DNA of 45,032 bases. Origin: Candidatus Jordarchaeia archaeon. Lineage in GTDB: Archaea > Asgardarchaeota > Jordiarchaeia > Jordiarchaeales > Jordiarchaeaceae. Positions 19,853 to 29,272 of the stretch are shown here, piece by piece (position 1 is the first letter of the stretch; every line of letters begins with the position of its first letter). The position numbers and the translations under genes were made by a program. Under the pieces are notes generated by a model, which was not told the DNA's origin, searched no databases, and worked only from the letters and a program-made list of their open reading frames with translations. The stretch spans positions 1-45,032 of the forward strand of contig JAHQXB010000066.1 of NCBI GenBank assembly GCA_029856435.1, given 5' to 3'.

Positions 19853-20494
19853 TTGCATTGGGAAGAACAAAAAAAGAAGTATGCAAAACTGGCTTGTGAG
19901 TTCATTAAACAGGCGGAAGCTTTGAAATTCGGTGAATTTACGTTAACCTCTGGAAAAAAATCCCCATTTTACATTGATATGCGACTTTTCATATCGTATC
20001 CCGATATTTTCAATAAACTGTGCGACATCTATGTAGAAGTAATTAAGAACGAGATTTTAGAAGTAGACTGCATCGCGGGAATACCAACAGCAGGGCTACC
20101 TATAGCTACCCTTATTAGTTACAAAATGCGTTTACCATTAATCTATGTAAGAAAAGAGCCCAAAGCACATGGGAAAGCCAAGATGATCGAAGGCCTGCTT
20201 ACTCCTAACGATAGTGTGGTGTTGGTAGATGATCTAGTTACCTCTGGAAGCAGCTTACTAAACGCTGCAAGGACAATTCGGGAAAGCGGAGGGATAATAA
20301 ATCATGCAGTAGTATTGCTAGACAGAGAACAGGGGGGCAGAGAAAACTTACAAAGGGAGAAAATCGAACTACACACAGTAATCTCAATGAGCCAACTACT
20401 AGACATGTTTCGAGATTTAGGATACATAACCCATTCAAATTACAATTTGGCAAAAGAGTATCTCAAAAGAGAAAAAAATTCACAGTTCAACTAA
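19853..20494 (+). CDS. pyrE: Orotate phosphoribosyltransferase
   Basis: FGEFTLTSGKKSPFYID, RKEPKAHG, PRPP motif VVLVDDLVTSG. Confidence 0.95.
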   Translation: MHWEEQKKKYAKLACEFIKQAEALKFGEFTLTSGKKSPFYIDMRLFISYPDIFNKLCDIYVEVIKNEILEVDCIAGIPTAGLPIATLISYKMRLPLIYVRKEPKAHGKAKMIEGLLTPNDSVVLVDDLVTSGSSLLNAARTIRESGGIINHAVVLLDREQGGRENLQREKIELHTVISMSQLLDMFRDLGYITHSNYNLAKEYLKREKNSQFN

Positions 20495-20569
20495 ATATTT
20501 TTTTAAAAACCAACTTTCCTCTCGTCTTCAAAAAATTTTTAGCAAATATACATTAAGCTGCACTTATCG

Positions 20570-20790
20570 TAAAAGAATTAATTTTTCATACCTAACCCAT
20601 ATCTCCCTTGTGTGTTTTAGATAAACATCTATATGCTTGCGCGTCACAGACAATATAAAAATTAGTTTTTCGTAGCAACACTCAATTGCTGGCAACGTTT
20701 CAGAAAGTATGAAAAATTTTTATGGTGATAGAAGAGTGTTATAGACTTTCCATTTAATTTTTTCCTTTTCGCTTCCAGAAAGTATGGTTT
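20570..20790 (-). repeat. Degenerate tandem 50-60-bp repeat family, copy 1
   Basis: Reverse complement contains acgaaaaact..ttttatattgtct..gcgcaagc and ttttcatactttctg, matching 41588-41690 and 35147-35283. Confidence 0.6.
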
Positions 20791-21107
20791 TTTCCGCCTT
20801 TTTTGGGAAAAGAAGCCTTAAATAACCCCGGTCAAGGATAGGTTCAGGAAAAAATTAATGAGAAACTCTATATTGTGTTATTTTTATTGCTTTTTGATTT
20901 TTTTATTAAAAAATGGTTATACAAAGCATGAAAAAGTTCTTATACATTCACGAGAACTAAAATTAATAGATGACAAGAGTGTACCTCTGAGATTAACTCC
21001 TTTGGGAAAGCAAGCCGTAAAAAACCGAAAATATCATTAAAGTGTTTAAACATATAAAATTAACAATGAACAGATTATCGTAACAAACTTTTTATAGGTG
21101 TTAAACT

Positions 21108-22184
21108 ATGCCTTTCGGAATAATTGTAGTAAAGTGGGATAACCGTTTAGGAGCAGTTCTAGAAGCAAAATATCCTGAACATATTAGGACTACAGATGAC
21201 CAAATAATGAAAATATATACGGCTCACGCCATGGGTGAAGCTGCCGCAGGATTTATGTCGATGAGGCTGGGTAATCTCAATGTCGCTTCGTATTATAGTG
21301 GCTTTGATATCAATTATTATGTTGCGTTACTTTTGACGCTGGAAGAGAATGCGGAAGACTATGAGGATGGTTTGGCTGAGGTTGCTGCTAAAATTTTCTC
21401 AAAGATTGAGAATGAAGAGTACAAGGCTGAATTAGAAGACTTATATAATAAGCTCACCAGATTTCCAACTTTAAATGAGGAGCAAAAGATGGCTGTGATT
21501 CTTTCAGACCCGGTTAGGTTGAACATTATTGAGCGGTTGATTGAGGAAGGTAATACGACTCTGGCAGATTTGGAAACTTGGTTGAAACATAAGTTGGAAG
21601 TTAAGGCAATCGACATTTACTCGTACTTGTCACCCCTTATCAAGAATGGCCTTGTTACTACTCAGTGGGTTGAAGGACTCCCAAGTCAGTGTGTCTTTCT
21701 AATTAGGGATGTTTTTATAGCAAGGGTTCCTGCTAGAGTTATTGTGAAGAAGGCAAAATCGGGTGAGATGAGTCCAGAGGTAGCTTCGGAATATCTAGAT
21801 GAGGTTAAGAACTTCTTTAGAGACTACGTTATTTCACCTGAGGATACAGAGCTAATAACCAAAATTCTTTCAGATCCAGATGCTTACGATGTCTTAGTTG
21901 CCCTAAGAGAGAATATTCTCCCTAAGGGTGAAATTCACAGGATACTTGACAAAAAGAAGTCAGTAGTAGACAGTATTCTCAGCGCCTTTGATAAGGCTGG
22001 CTTCACTATGGATCTAAAAATTAATAAGAAAACATATTCCGCACTAAAAACTGATGTTAAAATAATGACATTCTTCCCAGAGTATCTTGTTGAGCAGATA
22101 GGCCAACAATATAATGACCAAATCAAACCCCCAAGGATGCTATTGTGGCATTTGAAGGCGCTTAGAGATAGTTATCCTATGTAG
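21108..22184 (+). CDS. Asgard-type protein: N-terminal longin/uDENN-like domain plus winged-helix region
   Basis: N-terminus MPFGIIVVKWDNRLGAVLEAKYP (beta-hairpin start of uDENN/longin folds); SDPVRLNIIERL...LADLETWL...LSPLIKNGLV resembles an ArsR-like wHTH. Fold calls are from recall. Confidence 0.7.
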   Translation: MPFGIIVVKWDNRLGAVLEAKYPEHIRTTDDQIMKIYTAHAMGEAAAGFMSMRLGNLNVASYYSGFDINYYVALLLTLEENAEDYEDGLAEVAAKIFSKIENEEYKAELEDLYNKLTRFPTLNEEQKMAVILSDPVRLNIIERLIEEGNTTLADLETWLKHKLEVKAIDIYSYLSPLIKNGLVTTQWVEGLPSQCVFLIRDVFIARVPARVIVKKAKSGEMSPEVASEYLDEVKNFFRDYVISPEDTELITKILSDPDAYDVLVALRENILPKGEIHRILDKKKSVVDSILSAFDKAGFTMDLKINKKTYSALKTDVKIMTFFPEYLVEQIGQQYNDQIKPPRMLLWHLKALRDSYPM

Positions 22185-22196
22185 AGGATAAACAAT

Positions 22197-23039
22197 ATGA
22201 TCAGAGAAGTGTCTATTCTAGATTCCAATGGTAAAACCCTTTTCAGTAAAAGGTATGGTCAAAGTAGCGTGTCAGCTGAGGATTTCAGTGATTTTGTAAG
22301 TCATCTAGCTCTCCTTGTGCCCAAACTCCAACTTAATGGAGACATAGAATTTATGAATCTGAAGCGAACAAGGCTGTATTACTCTAATTCAGACAGCATA
22401 GTGTTTACTTTAGAGGCTGACAAGCGTGACGCAATCACGGAAATAAAACAAAAGCTACAGACATTGAAAAATACTTTCTTAAAAAATTTCCAAAACGATT
22501 TGAACGAGTGGAAGGAAGAAAACTCTGCGAAACTTGAGCCTTTAGTTGACGAAATAACTATGACTTACCTTAAGATATCACTTATAGGTTATAGCGGTGT
22601 AGGAAAAACAACTATCTTAAAACTTCTAAGAGAAGAAGAGCTACCCAAAGAGCACATTCCCACAATCGGCGTAGGAATAAAGGGTGTTAAAGGCGCAAAA
22701 ATTGGAAACACCTCATTAATATGTTGGGATCTTGCGGGGCAGGAGCGATTTGAATTAACTTGGGACAAATTCATTCGTGATTCTTCTCTGATCATTATTG
22801 TCACCGATTCCACTCTGGAGAATGTAGTTAAATCCAGATACTTCGTTCGCTTGATTAAAGACGTTGAACCGGAGGCTAATGTTTTCTGTATTTCCAATAA
22901 GCAAGATTTACCTAATGCTCTTCCTCCCGAGAAGGTGGAGCAAATTATGGAAATTGATACTCACGGCCTTGTAGCCATTGACCCTATGAATCGTGTCAAA
23001 CTTTATGAATTAATTAGAAAATATGTTATGGGTATGTAA
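22197..23039 (+). CDS. Longin-like domain fused to an Arf/Rab-like small GTPase
   Basis: N-terminus MIREVSILDSNGKTLFSKRYG (longin/sigma-adaptin-like); G1 GYSGVGKT, G2 IPTIG, G3 WDLAGQ, G4 NKQD. Confidence 0.88.
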   Translation: MIREVSILDSNGKTLFSKRYGQSSVSAEDFSDFVSHLALLVPKLQLNGDIEFMNLKRTRLYYSNSDSIVFTLEADKRDAITEIKQKLQTLKNTFLKNFQNDLNEWKEENSAKLEPLVDEITMTYLKISLIGYSGVGKTTILKLLREEELPKEHIPTIGVGIKGVKGAKIGNTSLICWDLAGQERFELTWDKFIRDSSLIIIVTDSTLENVVKSRYFVRLIKDVEPEANVFCISNKQDLPNALPPEKVEQIMEIDTHGLVAIDPMNRVKLYELIRKYVMGM

Positions 23040-23060
23040 AATAACTGGAGGTTGTATGGA

Positions 23061-23384
23061 ATGAGTATAGTTGAGAAAGTAAAATCTTTTTTCAGAACCC
23101 TCATAGGTGGTGCGCCGAGTATCCAACCAGTGAAAGTTACATCCAAAGAAATGAAGGAGATAAACATACTGAAAACTGAAATCGACCAGTTGAAGAGTGA
23201 GAAGGATAAGATACAGGAGGAACTACAACGAATCGACCTAGAATTCCTAATGGGAAAAATTTCTGAAGAAGATCGAGAGAAAAACTATGTCCGGTTAATG
23301 GTTAAAGCAATGGATTTGAATCGAAAAATAACGAGCAAGAAGCAAAGAATTTTTGCTCTCGGCGGCGTTATCTCTGAAATCTAA
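23061..23384 (+). CDS. Small coiled-coil protein with N-terminal amphipathic helix
   Basis: GGAGGT SD 8 nt before ATG 23061; MSIVEKVKSFFRTLIGG followed by heptad helices; third gene of the operon. Confidence 0.8.
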   Translation: MSIVEKVKSFFRTLIGGAPSIQPVKVTSKEMKEINILKTEIDQLKSEKDKIQEELQRIDLEFLMGKISEEDREKNYVRLMVKAMDLNRKITSKKQRIFALGGVISEI

Positions 23385-23956
23385 TCCTCCCCTCATTTTT
23401 AAGAACCACGCCACATGAAACTAGGGCAAACACTTTGAAGGCGGCTCAGTCTGTATCTCTCAATTCCAAAATAAATGACAAAATTAATTTCGAATTGTGA
23501 TGAACCTTTTTTCTAAGATACGGAGCTTATGTATATTTGAACAAGGTTAAATAGCTTTAGTTCCGCTCCGATTTTTCTAAAAACAAAAACTAATTTTCCC
23601 GACTAAAAAGGAGGAATCTGGGAAAAAATAAATGAGTGTAGAACAAATTTGTCCTCCTAAAGTTACTTTTTTAGAAAAATTTAAAATTTGAGAATTTTTT
23701 CTTTTAATAAAGAATGAATCCGGTTTTTAGCGAAACTTCTCTTAAGGGTCTGTTTAATATTCTTCTTTTCACGCTACTAATTCTGCCCGCCACTTATTGG
23801 AAGTTCTTTTCTATCCCCCTTTGTGACTGAAAATAGGTATTACTAAAAAGGCGCCCCACTATATGATATTAAAACTCTGAATAACTTTAATTGGTTTCTA
23901 ATATCTGTAATCTTAATTCTCATAAAAATCCTATTAATTAATTGAAGGTGCTATGA

Positions 23957-25207
23957 TTGAAGGAAATTCTTCTAAGCTACGGAACTAAGAAGATAGTTGC
24001 GGAAATACCGGAAAAAAATTACTTTGGTACGCTAGAGGTAAGTGAACCGAATGGGGTTAAGGATCCAGAAGCACATATATTGCAATGTTTAAGGGCGCCA
24101 ATAAACTGTCAACCGCTTAAAAGTATGGCGAATCCCGGAGCTCGTGTTGCAATAGTTGTCAGCGACCATACCAGACCAGTTCCGACCAGAGTTATGCTTC
24201 CCCCAATTCTAAGCGAGTTAAAAAATGCAGGTGTCACTAAAGATAAAATACATATTGTTTTCGGATGTGGTACACACAGAAAGGTAAAGGAAGAAGAGGC
24301 AAAAACTATTTTGGGGGAGGAAATAGCCGAAGAAATAGAGTGGTCAAGTCATGACTGCGAGGCTGAAGACTTGGTATATTTGGGTACGACATCTCGTGGA
24401 ACCAAGGTTGCAATAAATCCAGTAGTAGCTAAATCTGATTTAAAGATATTGACTGGAGACATAAGCTATCACTTTTTTGCGGGATATGGTGGAGGCAGAA
24501 AAAGCATTCTTCCCGCAGTAGCGTCCAAAGAAGCTATCAATAAAAACCATAGTATGCTTACAAATCCTAAGTCGGAAATTGGGGTTTTGGAGGGAAATCC
24601 TGTTCACGAGGACATGGTTGAGGGCGCCAGACTCGCCAATCCTAACATTATAGTTAATGTGGTTCAGAACACAAGAAAAGAAGTGATAAAGGCATTCTGT
24701 GGAGAGCTAGAATCCGCCTTTTATGAAGGAGTAAAATTTCTGGACAAAATATACAGGGTTAAAAGTGAGAGGGCAGATATTGTCATAGTAAGTGCTGGGG
24801 GCTATCCCAAGGACATAGACTTATACCAAGCCTATAAGGCAATTCATAACTCTCTACCTATAGTTAATAACAATGGCGCCATAGTATTGGTAGCTGAGTG
24901 CAGGGAAGGTGTGGGAAATAAAGTGTTCCAAGAATGGATGAAAAAGTATGCCACAGCAGAACAAATGAGAGAACAACTCGAGAAAAACTTCGTGATAGGG
25001 GCGCATAAAGCCTACTACCTTGCCAGAGCCCTTCAAAAAACAAAAATTTACATGATTACTGAAATACCTCCAAATGAATTGGAAAAAATTTACAAAATCA
25101 TTCCAGTAAAATCAGTAGAAGAAGCCCTCGAAGAAATATTCAATACCATGAAAAAAGAAGCCAAAATTAAGGTCATACCCTACGGCTCTTCTATTCTGGC
25201 ATGCTAA
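23957..25207 (+). CDS. larA: Nickel-pincer-dependent lactate racemase family protein
   Basis: DHTRP, GTHR, HFFAGYGGGRKSILP, GGYPKDIDLYQ, GAHKA. Substrate within the LarA superfamily is not determinable. Confidence 0.9.
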   Translation: MKEILLSYGTKKIVAEIPEKNYFGTLEVSEPNGVKDPEAHILQCLRAPINCQPLKSMANPGARVAIVVSDHTRPVPTRVMLPPILSELKNAGVTKDKIHIVFGCGTHRKVKEEEAKTILGEEIAEEIEWSSHDCEAEDLVYLGTTSRGTKVAINPVVAKSDLKILTGDISYHFFAGYGGGRKSILPAVASKEAINKNHSMLTNPKSEIGVLEGNPVHEDMVEGARLANPNIIVNVVQNTRKEVIKAFCGELESAFYEGVKFLDKIYRVKSERADIVIVSAGGYPKDIDLYQAYKAIHNSLPIVNNNGAIVLVAECREGVGNKVFQEWMKKYATAEQMREQLEKNFVIGAHKAYYLARALQKTKIYMITEIPPNELEKIYKIIPVKSVEEALEEIFNTMKKEAKIKVIPYGSSILAC

Positions 25208-25306
25208 AACATTATGTACCGCTTATTCACCTGTTTCCACTCGGAAAGGGTTTAATTGGTAGACTAAGAAGTTCAAAATCAAATTAAAATTTTTTATTTT
25301 GGGATT

Positions 25307-26593
25307 CTATATCAGTAATTTCCATCCTAAGGGGGGAATAGTAATTATGAGTACGAACATCATAACTATGAACAAAATTTTTCTAGAAGTTGTTAGCGGA
25401 GAAACATCGTCTAAAGCCCCAGGGTGCCCACCCTTTCTAATAGATAATAGAGCTACCAAAGCCATAACGATATATATGTAACTTATTGCAGTCAGTATAA
25501 TCGCAACTATTATGGAAGCAAAATAGTGTGTGCGTTTGTCAAGGATTGCTCTGAACATATGTCCACCATCAAGCATGCCAATTGGGAATAAATTGAGAGC
25601 GGTAATCAGAAAACCTACCCAGGCACTCCAATACAGAGGGTTAACAAAAAAGGAGCCCAACTCAACTTCAGGTCTAAGCAGGGGAACGAGGGTCGAAAAG
25701 AGTAAAGGCTCACTAAAAGGGCTTGGCCCAATAATTTCAAAAGGCCAGTATCCACTGTTATGCAAAGACTGGGCAACTGTGAGTGCCATTGCAGGCGGAT
25801 AATTATTGTATACGTTTATGATGAAATCATTTATGAGTAGGTTAATCTGGTACTCAAAGTGGTATATATCATAAAGAACATTGGAGTAAATAAGGGGGGA
25901 TAACTTTATGGATATGATTGCTACTAGGAGGGCAATTATAAAACCCGTTATTGGTCCCATTAGACCTATGTCAAATAATTTATCTCTGTTTGTAACTGGG
26001 CTCCTCTGAAATATTACTGCCCCAAAAGTGCCAATTGGAGGTGGGCCGGGTATGAAGAAGGGTAGAGAGGCTTCTACGTTGTTTTTCTTTGAAATGAAGT
26101 AGTGGCCAAATTCATGCGTTGTGGTTATTGAGAGCAGAGCCACAACATATCCTAGGGTTAATACGGATATGGGAGTGTACCATCCGTACCAGGGAGCTGA
26201 TATAAACCCTACGAGTATACCGAATTCATAATACGGCTTCGCCCAGAAATAGTATCCAGTTAGGGTCACTGTACAGATTGTAGCGATAAAAAGAACCAGA
26301 TTCCATAATGGGCTCCGTCTTTTACTTTCCCTCCCTCTAGGGAAGACTTCCAGAACAAGTGTTTGTTCTTCACCTTTACCTCTGTAGATATGTGTTTTCT
26401 TATCGTTTTTGGAGGGAGGTTCTTTCCGTAAAATCGCAATTAAGTTCTCTTTTTCCAGCTTTTCTATTAACCTCTGGAATGGAATCTTTGTTTCTTGTTT
26501 GGAGGGTAGAATAAATGTTGGTGTACCGTCATCGTCGGTGTAGTAATCTGAGACGGTAAATTCTGTTTGAATTATTCTTTTTAAATCTTCCAA
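25307..26593 (-). CDS. Site-2 protease (M50) family intramembrane metalloprotease, copy 1
   Basis: HEFGH, PFFIPGPPPIGTFGA, GPITG, NLFPIGMLDGGH. Confidence 0.92.
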   Translation of the reverse strand: MEDLKRIIQTEFTVSDYYTDDDGTPTFILPSKQETKIPFQRLIEKLEKENLIAILRKEPPSKNDKKTHIYRGKGEEQTLVLEVFPRGRESKRRSPLWNLVLFIATICTVTLTGYYFWAKPYYEFGILVGFISAPWYGWYTPISVLTLGYVVALLSITTTHEFGHYFISKKNNVEASLPFFIPGPPPIGTFGAVIFQRSPVTNRDKLFDIGLMGPITGFIIALLVAIISIKLSPLIYSNVLYDIYHFEYQINLLINDFIINVYNNYPPAMALTVAQSLHNSGYWPFEIIGPSPFSEPLLFSTLVPLLRPEVELGSFFVNPLYWSAWVGFLITALNLFPIGMLDGGHMFRAILDKRTHYFASIIVAIILTAISYIYIVMALVALLSIRKGGHPGALDDVSPLTTSRKILFIVMMFVLIITIPPLGWKLLI

Positions 26594-26949
26594 GCTTAAG
26601 GGTGTACCTCCACTGTTAGTCGTCTTTACCCCTTCCTAAACGATTTGTTTGTTCATAAGTTAAATTTACTTTAAAAACTTTCCAAAAATTCCTATTGAGT
26701 GTATAAACTAAAGTTTGCAAACTTGCCAAGAAACGCTTGTTAGCAACAAAATCCTAATCCGCATAATAAATATTTTGGGCAGCCTGTTTTTGAAAACCGG
26801 CTCAGAATGGGGAAAGTTTGGAAAAGTCCTAGAGGATGCTACAACACCTATGGGGATACCTCCATCGAACAATAGTGAAATTTGTCTACTTCTTCCTATT
26901 CTGTAGCGATCATCCTTTGAAACTTAAGATTAATGCTGGGTCATTACAG

Positions 26950-28263
26950 CTAGAAGAAGTAGCCGAAGCCCAGCGGAGGGATTGTAATTACGGCGATTAC
27001 CATCATAATTGCGAATACGATTATCTTCCATTTGGCAATGGTTGAAACGTCGTCAAGCGGTCCTGGATGGCCACCTCTAGACATTGTAAATAATGCGAAA
27101 AATGCCATCAAAAGATAGGCGTCACTGATGAGTACCATAGACACCGCAGCTACCATAGACACTATTAGTTGCTGTTTCTGACTAAGGAATGATCGAGCCA
27201 TGTGGCCTGCGTCCAACATTCCAATGGGGAAGAGGTTTAATCCTGTGACCAGCATACCTATCCACGCCGCCCAACTCATCGGATGTATAGCCATTAGGGT
27301 GAAAATAGGAGTTGGCCTGAGGAGAGAAACTATAGTTTCATAGAGTAAAGGGAATTTGTAAGGGTTACTGTAGGGCAGTAGAAATATGCTTGGGAAGCCA
27401 GCATTCAGAAGAGAATAGTAGATGTCGGAGCCATATTTGGATAAAATCTGTAATTCAAATACCGCTTGGTAATATACTATTGGGGGATACACAAATGGAG
27501 TTAAATAAAGGGATATGACTAGAATGATTAGCGTTATTATGAAACCTGTGAGGGGCCCCATTAATCCTAACTCAAAGAGTCTGTCGCGGTTAAGGGTAGG
27601 AGTTCTCTGAAAGATCACCGCACCGAATGTCCCTATGGGTGGAAATCCTGGAATGAAGAAGGGTAGCGACGCCTTTTGCCCCCTCACTCTAGAAATAGTG
27701 TAGTGTCCCATTTCGTGCAGTCCAATGATTGCTAAAAGGCTTATGGTAAATACAGTTATCGTGAAAGCCGGGTCACCATACCAACCCCACAAATCACCAA
27801 TAAAGCTACTTATTAGCACAAGGGGATCACCATACGTGTTCCAAACATATAATGTGAAGTTTTTATACAAGAAGCCAGATAGATTGTAACTCTGCACCTT
27901 TTGAAGACCGGTATATGATATGGTGCAAATTGTGGCAATTAATAGAAGAATATTCATTATTGGGTGCCTAGTCTTTTTTGGCTCCGGATTTGGGAATATT
28001 TTTATAACAAGCTCAGGCTCCTCCTTCTCCAGAGGGGCGTAATCTGTGAATATTCGATACCTTTGTGGAAGGCCTTCAGATTTTCTAAGCAGTGCAATCA
28101 AATCATATTTGCTAAGATCCTCCATAAGATTTTGAAATGGAATCTTGGTTTCTTGAGAAGATGGCAGAATAAATGTTGGTGTACCATCTAGCTCCATATA
28201 TGCTTCAAAGACTATGAAGTGCCTTTCAACAATTCTGCGTAGTTCCTCAAAGCTTAGAGGCAA
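26950..28263 (-). CDS. Site-2 protease (M50) family intramembrane metalloprotease, copy 2 (tandem paralog)
   Basis: HEMGH, PFFIPGFPPIGTFGA, GPLTG, NLFPIGMLDAGH; collinear with 25307-26593. Confidence 0.92.
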   Translation of the reverse strand: MPLSFEELRRIVERHFIVFEAYMELDGTPTFILPSSQETKIPFQNLMEDLSKYDLIALLRKSEGLPQRYRIFTDYAPLEKEEPELVIKIFPNPEPKKTRHPIMNILLLIATICTISYTGLQKVQSYNLSGFLYKNFTLYVWNTYGDPLVLISSFIGDLWGWYGDPAFTITVFTISLLAIIGLHEMGHYTISRVRGQKASLPFFIPGFPPIGTFGAVIFQRTPTLNRDRLFELGLMGPLTGFIITLIILVISLYLTPFVYPPIVYYQAVFELQILSKYGSDIYYSLLNAGFPSIFLLPYSNPYKFPLLYETIVSLLRPTPIFTLMAIHPMSWAAWIGMLVTGLNLFPIGMLDAGHMARSFLSQKQQLIVSMVAAVSMVLISDAYLLMAFFALFTMSRGGHPGPLDDVSTIAKWKIIVFAIMMVIAVITIPPLGFGYFF

Positions 28264-28674
28264 ATGTTCTCCAGTGTCCGTTTTACTCCCTTCCTGTAAG
28301 ACTACTGCTTTTCCCTAAAGGGAAAGGAGTTAAAAACCTTTCCGAATAGGTAAGAGCGTTATTATACCCTCTGTTTTGAGAATCCTTTTCACACCGACTT
28401 TGAAGGTAGCATTCAGTAAACCTTTTTTCCATTCCAACTGTAGTGAAAGCATGAAGAAACAAAATATAAAACAGCCAAATTATAATCCCACGTTCCTTTA
28501 AATCATCTTCCTTGATGTACTTTTTGATTTTTCACTTTTCGGAGTCTCCCTTTCATGGTTAATTTTCATGGAGAGAAAATTATATTATTTATCATTACGT
28601 AAAGATTAAATCTGAAATTTGCAGAGGAATATATCGTCCAACAGTTTTTAATTAAAATTATAAACGGTGATTCT

Positions 28675-29175
28675 TTGGCGAACGAAGATTATATCATAAG
28701 GCCCGCTGAGATAGAAGACCTTCACCAAGTAATGAGAATTAATCAGAGAACCCTTCCGGAGAATTATCCCTACTCCTTCTTCGTTGAGATTCTTAAAAAA
28801 TTTCCCAAATCGTTCTTGGTCGCTGAAAGAAATGGAGAGGTGCTGGGCTACATGATGAATAGAATAGAAAAGGGATTGCCCGGCGTTTTCACTAGCCACC
28901 TTCGAGCCAATAAGGGTCACGTTGTCTCTATAGCAGTTTTGCCTGAGCACCGCAGGAAAGGTATAGGTAAAAGACTTATGATTGAAGGAATGAAGGCAAT
29001 GAAAGAATATGGAGCTGAAGAATTTGTTTTAGAAGTAAGAATCACCAATGAACCTGCTTTAGCCATGTATAAGAGTTTAGGGTTCGAAGTGGTGAGGGAG
29101 ATAAGGGGATACTACCACGATGGAGAGAGCGCATACCTTATGTCTAGAAAGGCCGAAAACATACAAATTTCTTGA
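28675..29175 (+). CDS. rimI: N-alpha-acetyltransferase, archaeal Ard1/RimI type
   Basis: TLPENYP, GHVVSIAVLPEHRRKGIG, LEVRITN, YYHDGESAYLM. Confidence 0.92.
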   Translation: MANEDYIIRPAEIEDLHQVMRINQRTLPENYPYSFFVEILKKFPKSFLVAERNGEVLGYMMNRIEKGLPGVFTSHLRANKGHVVSIAVLPEHRRKGIGKRLMIEGMKAMKEYGAEEFVLEVRITNEPALAMYKSLGFEVVREIRGYYHDGESAYLMSRKAENIQIS

Positions 29176-29272
29176 TACTATCGTCCTCACAAAAAGTGCG
29201 CCCCTGGAGCATTACTTATTAACTGCTTATACCTATTATTTAATCAGTAGGTATGAGAGGGCACATTAATTT

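Noticed and set aside
20858-21040. 60-aa ORF with wHTH-wing-like end (LRLTPLGK)
   Set aside because: Probably a gene remnant or noise; N-terminal half is low-complexity AT-rich sequence.
9696-25207. GlcD-like dehydrogenase plus LarA as a lactate-utilisation locus
   Set aside because: They are 13 kb apart with unrelated genes between, there is no larBCE or permease here, and both substrates are uncertain.
25234-25252. ORB-like sequence ttccactcggaaaggg
   Set aside because: Single imperfect match, no cdc6/orc1 gene, no second box.
26593-26656. Upstream ATG with in-frame TAG (MNKQIV*EGVK) extending S2P copy 1
   Set aside because: The paralog has CAG at that position but no upstream ATG; the similarity is best explained as duplicated 5' flank containing the SD sequence.
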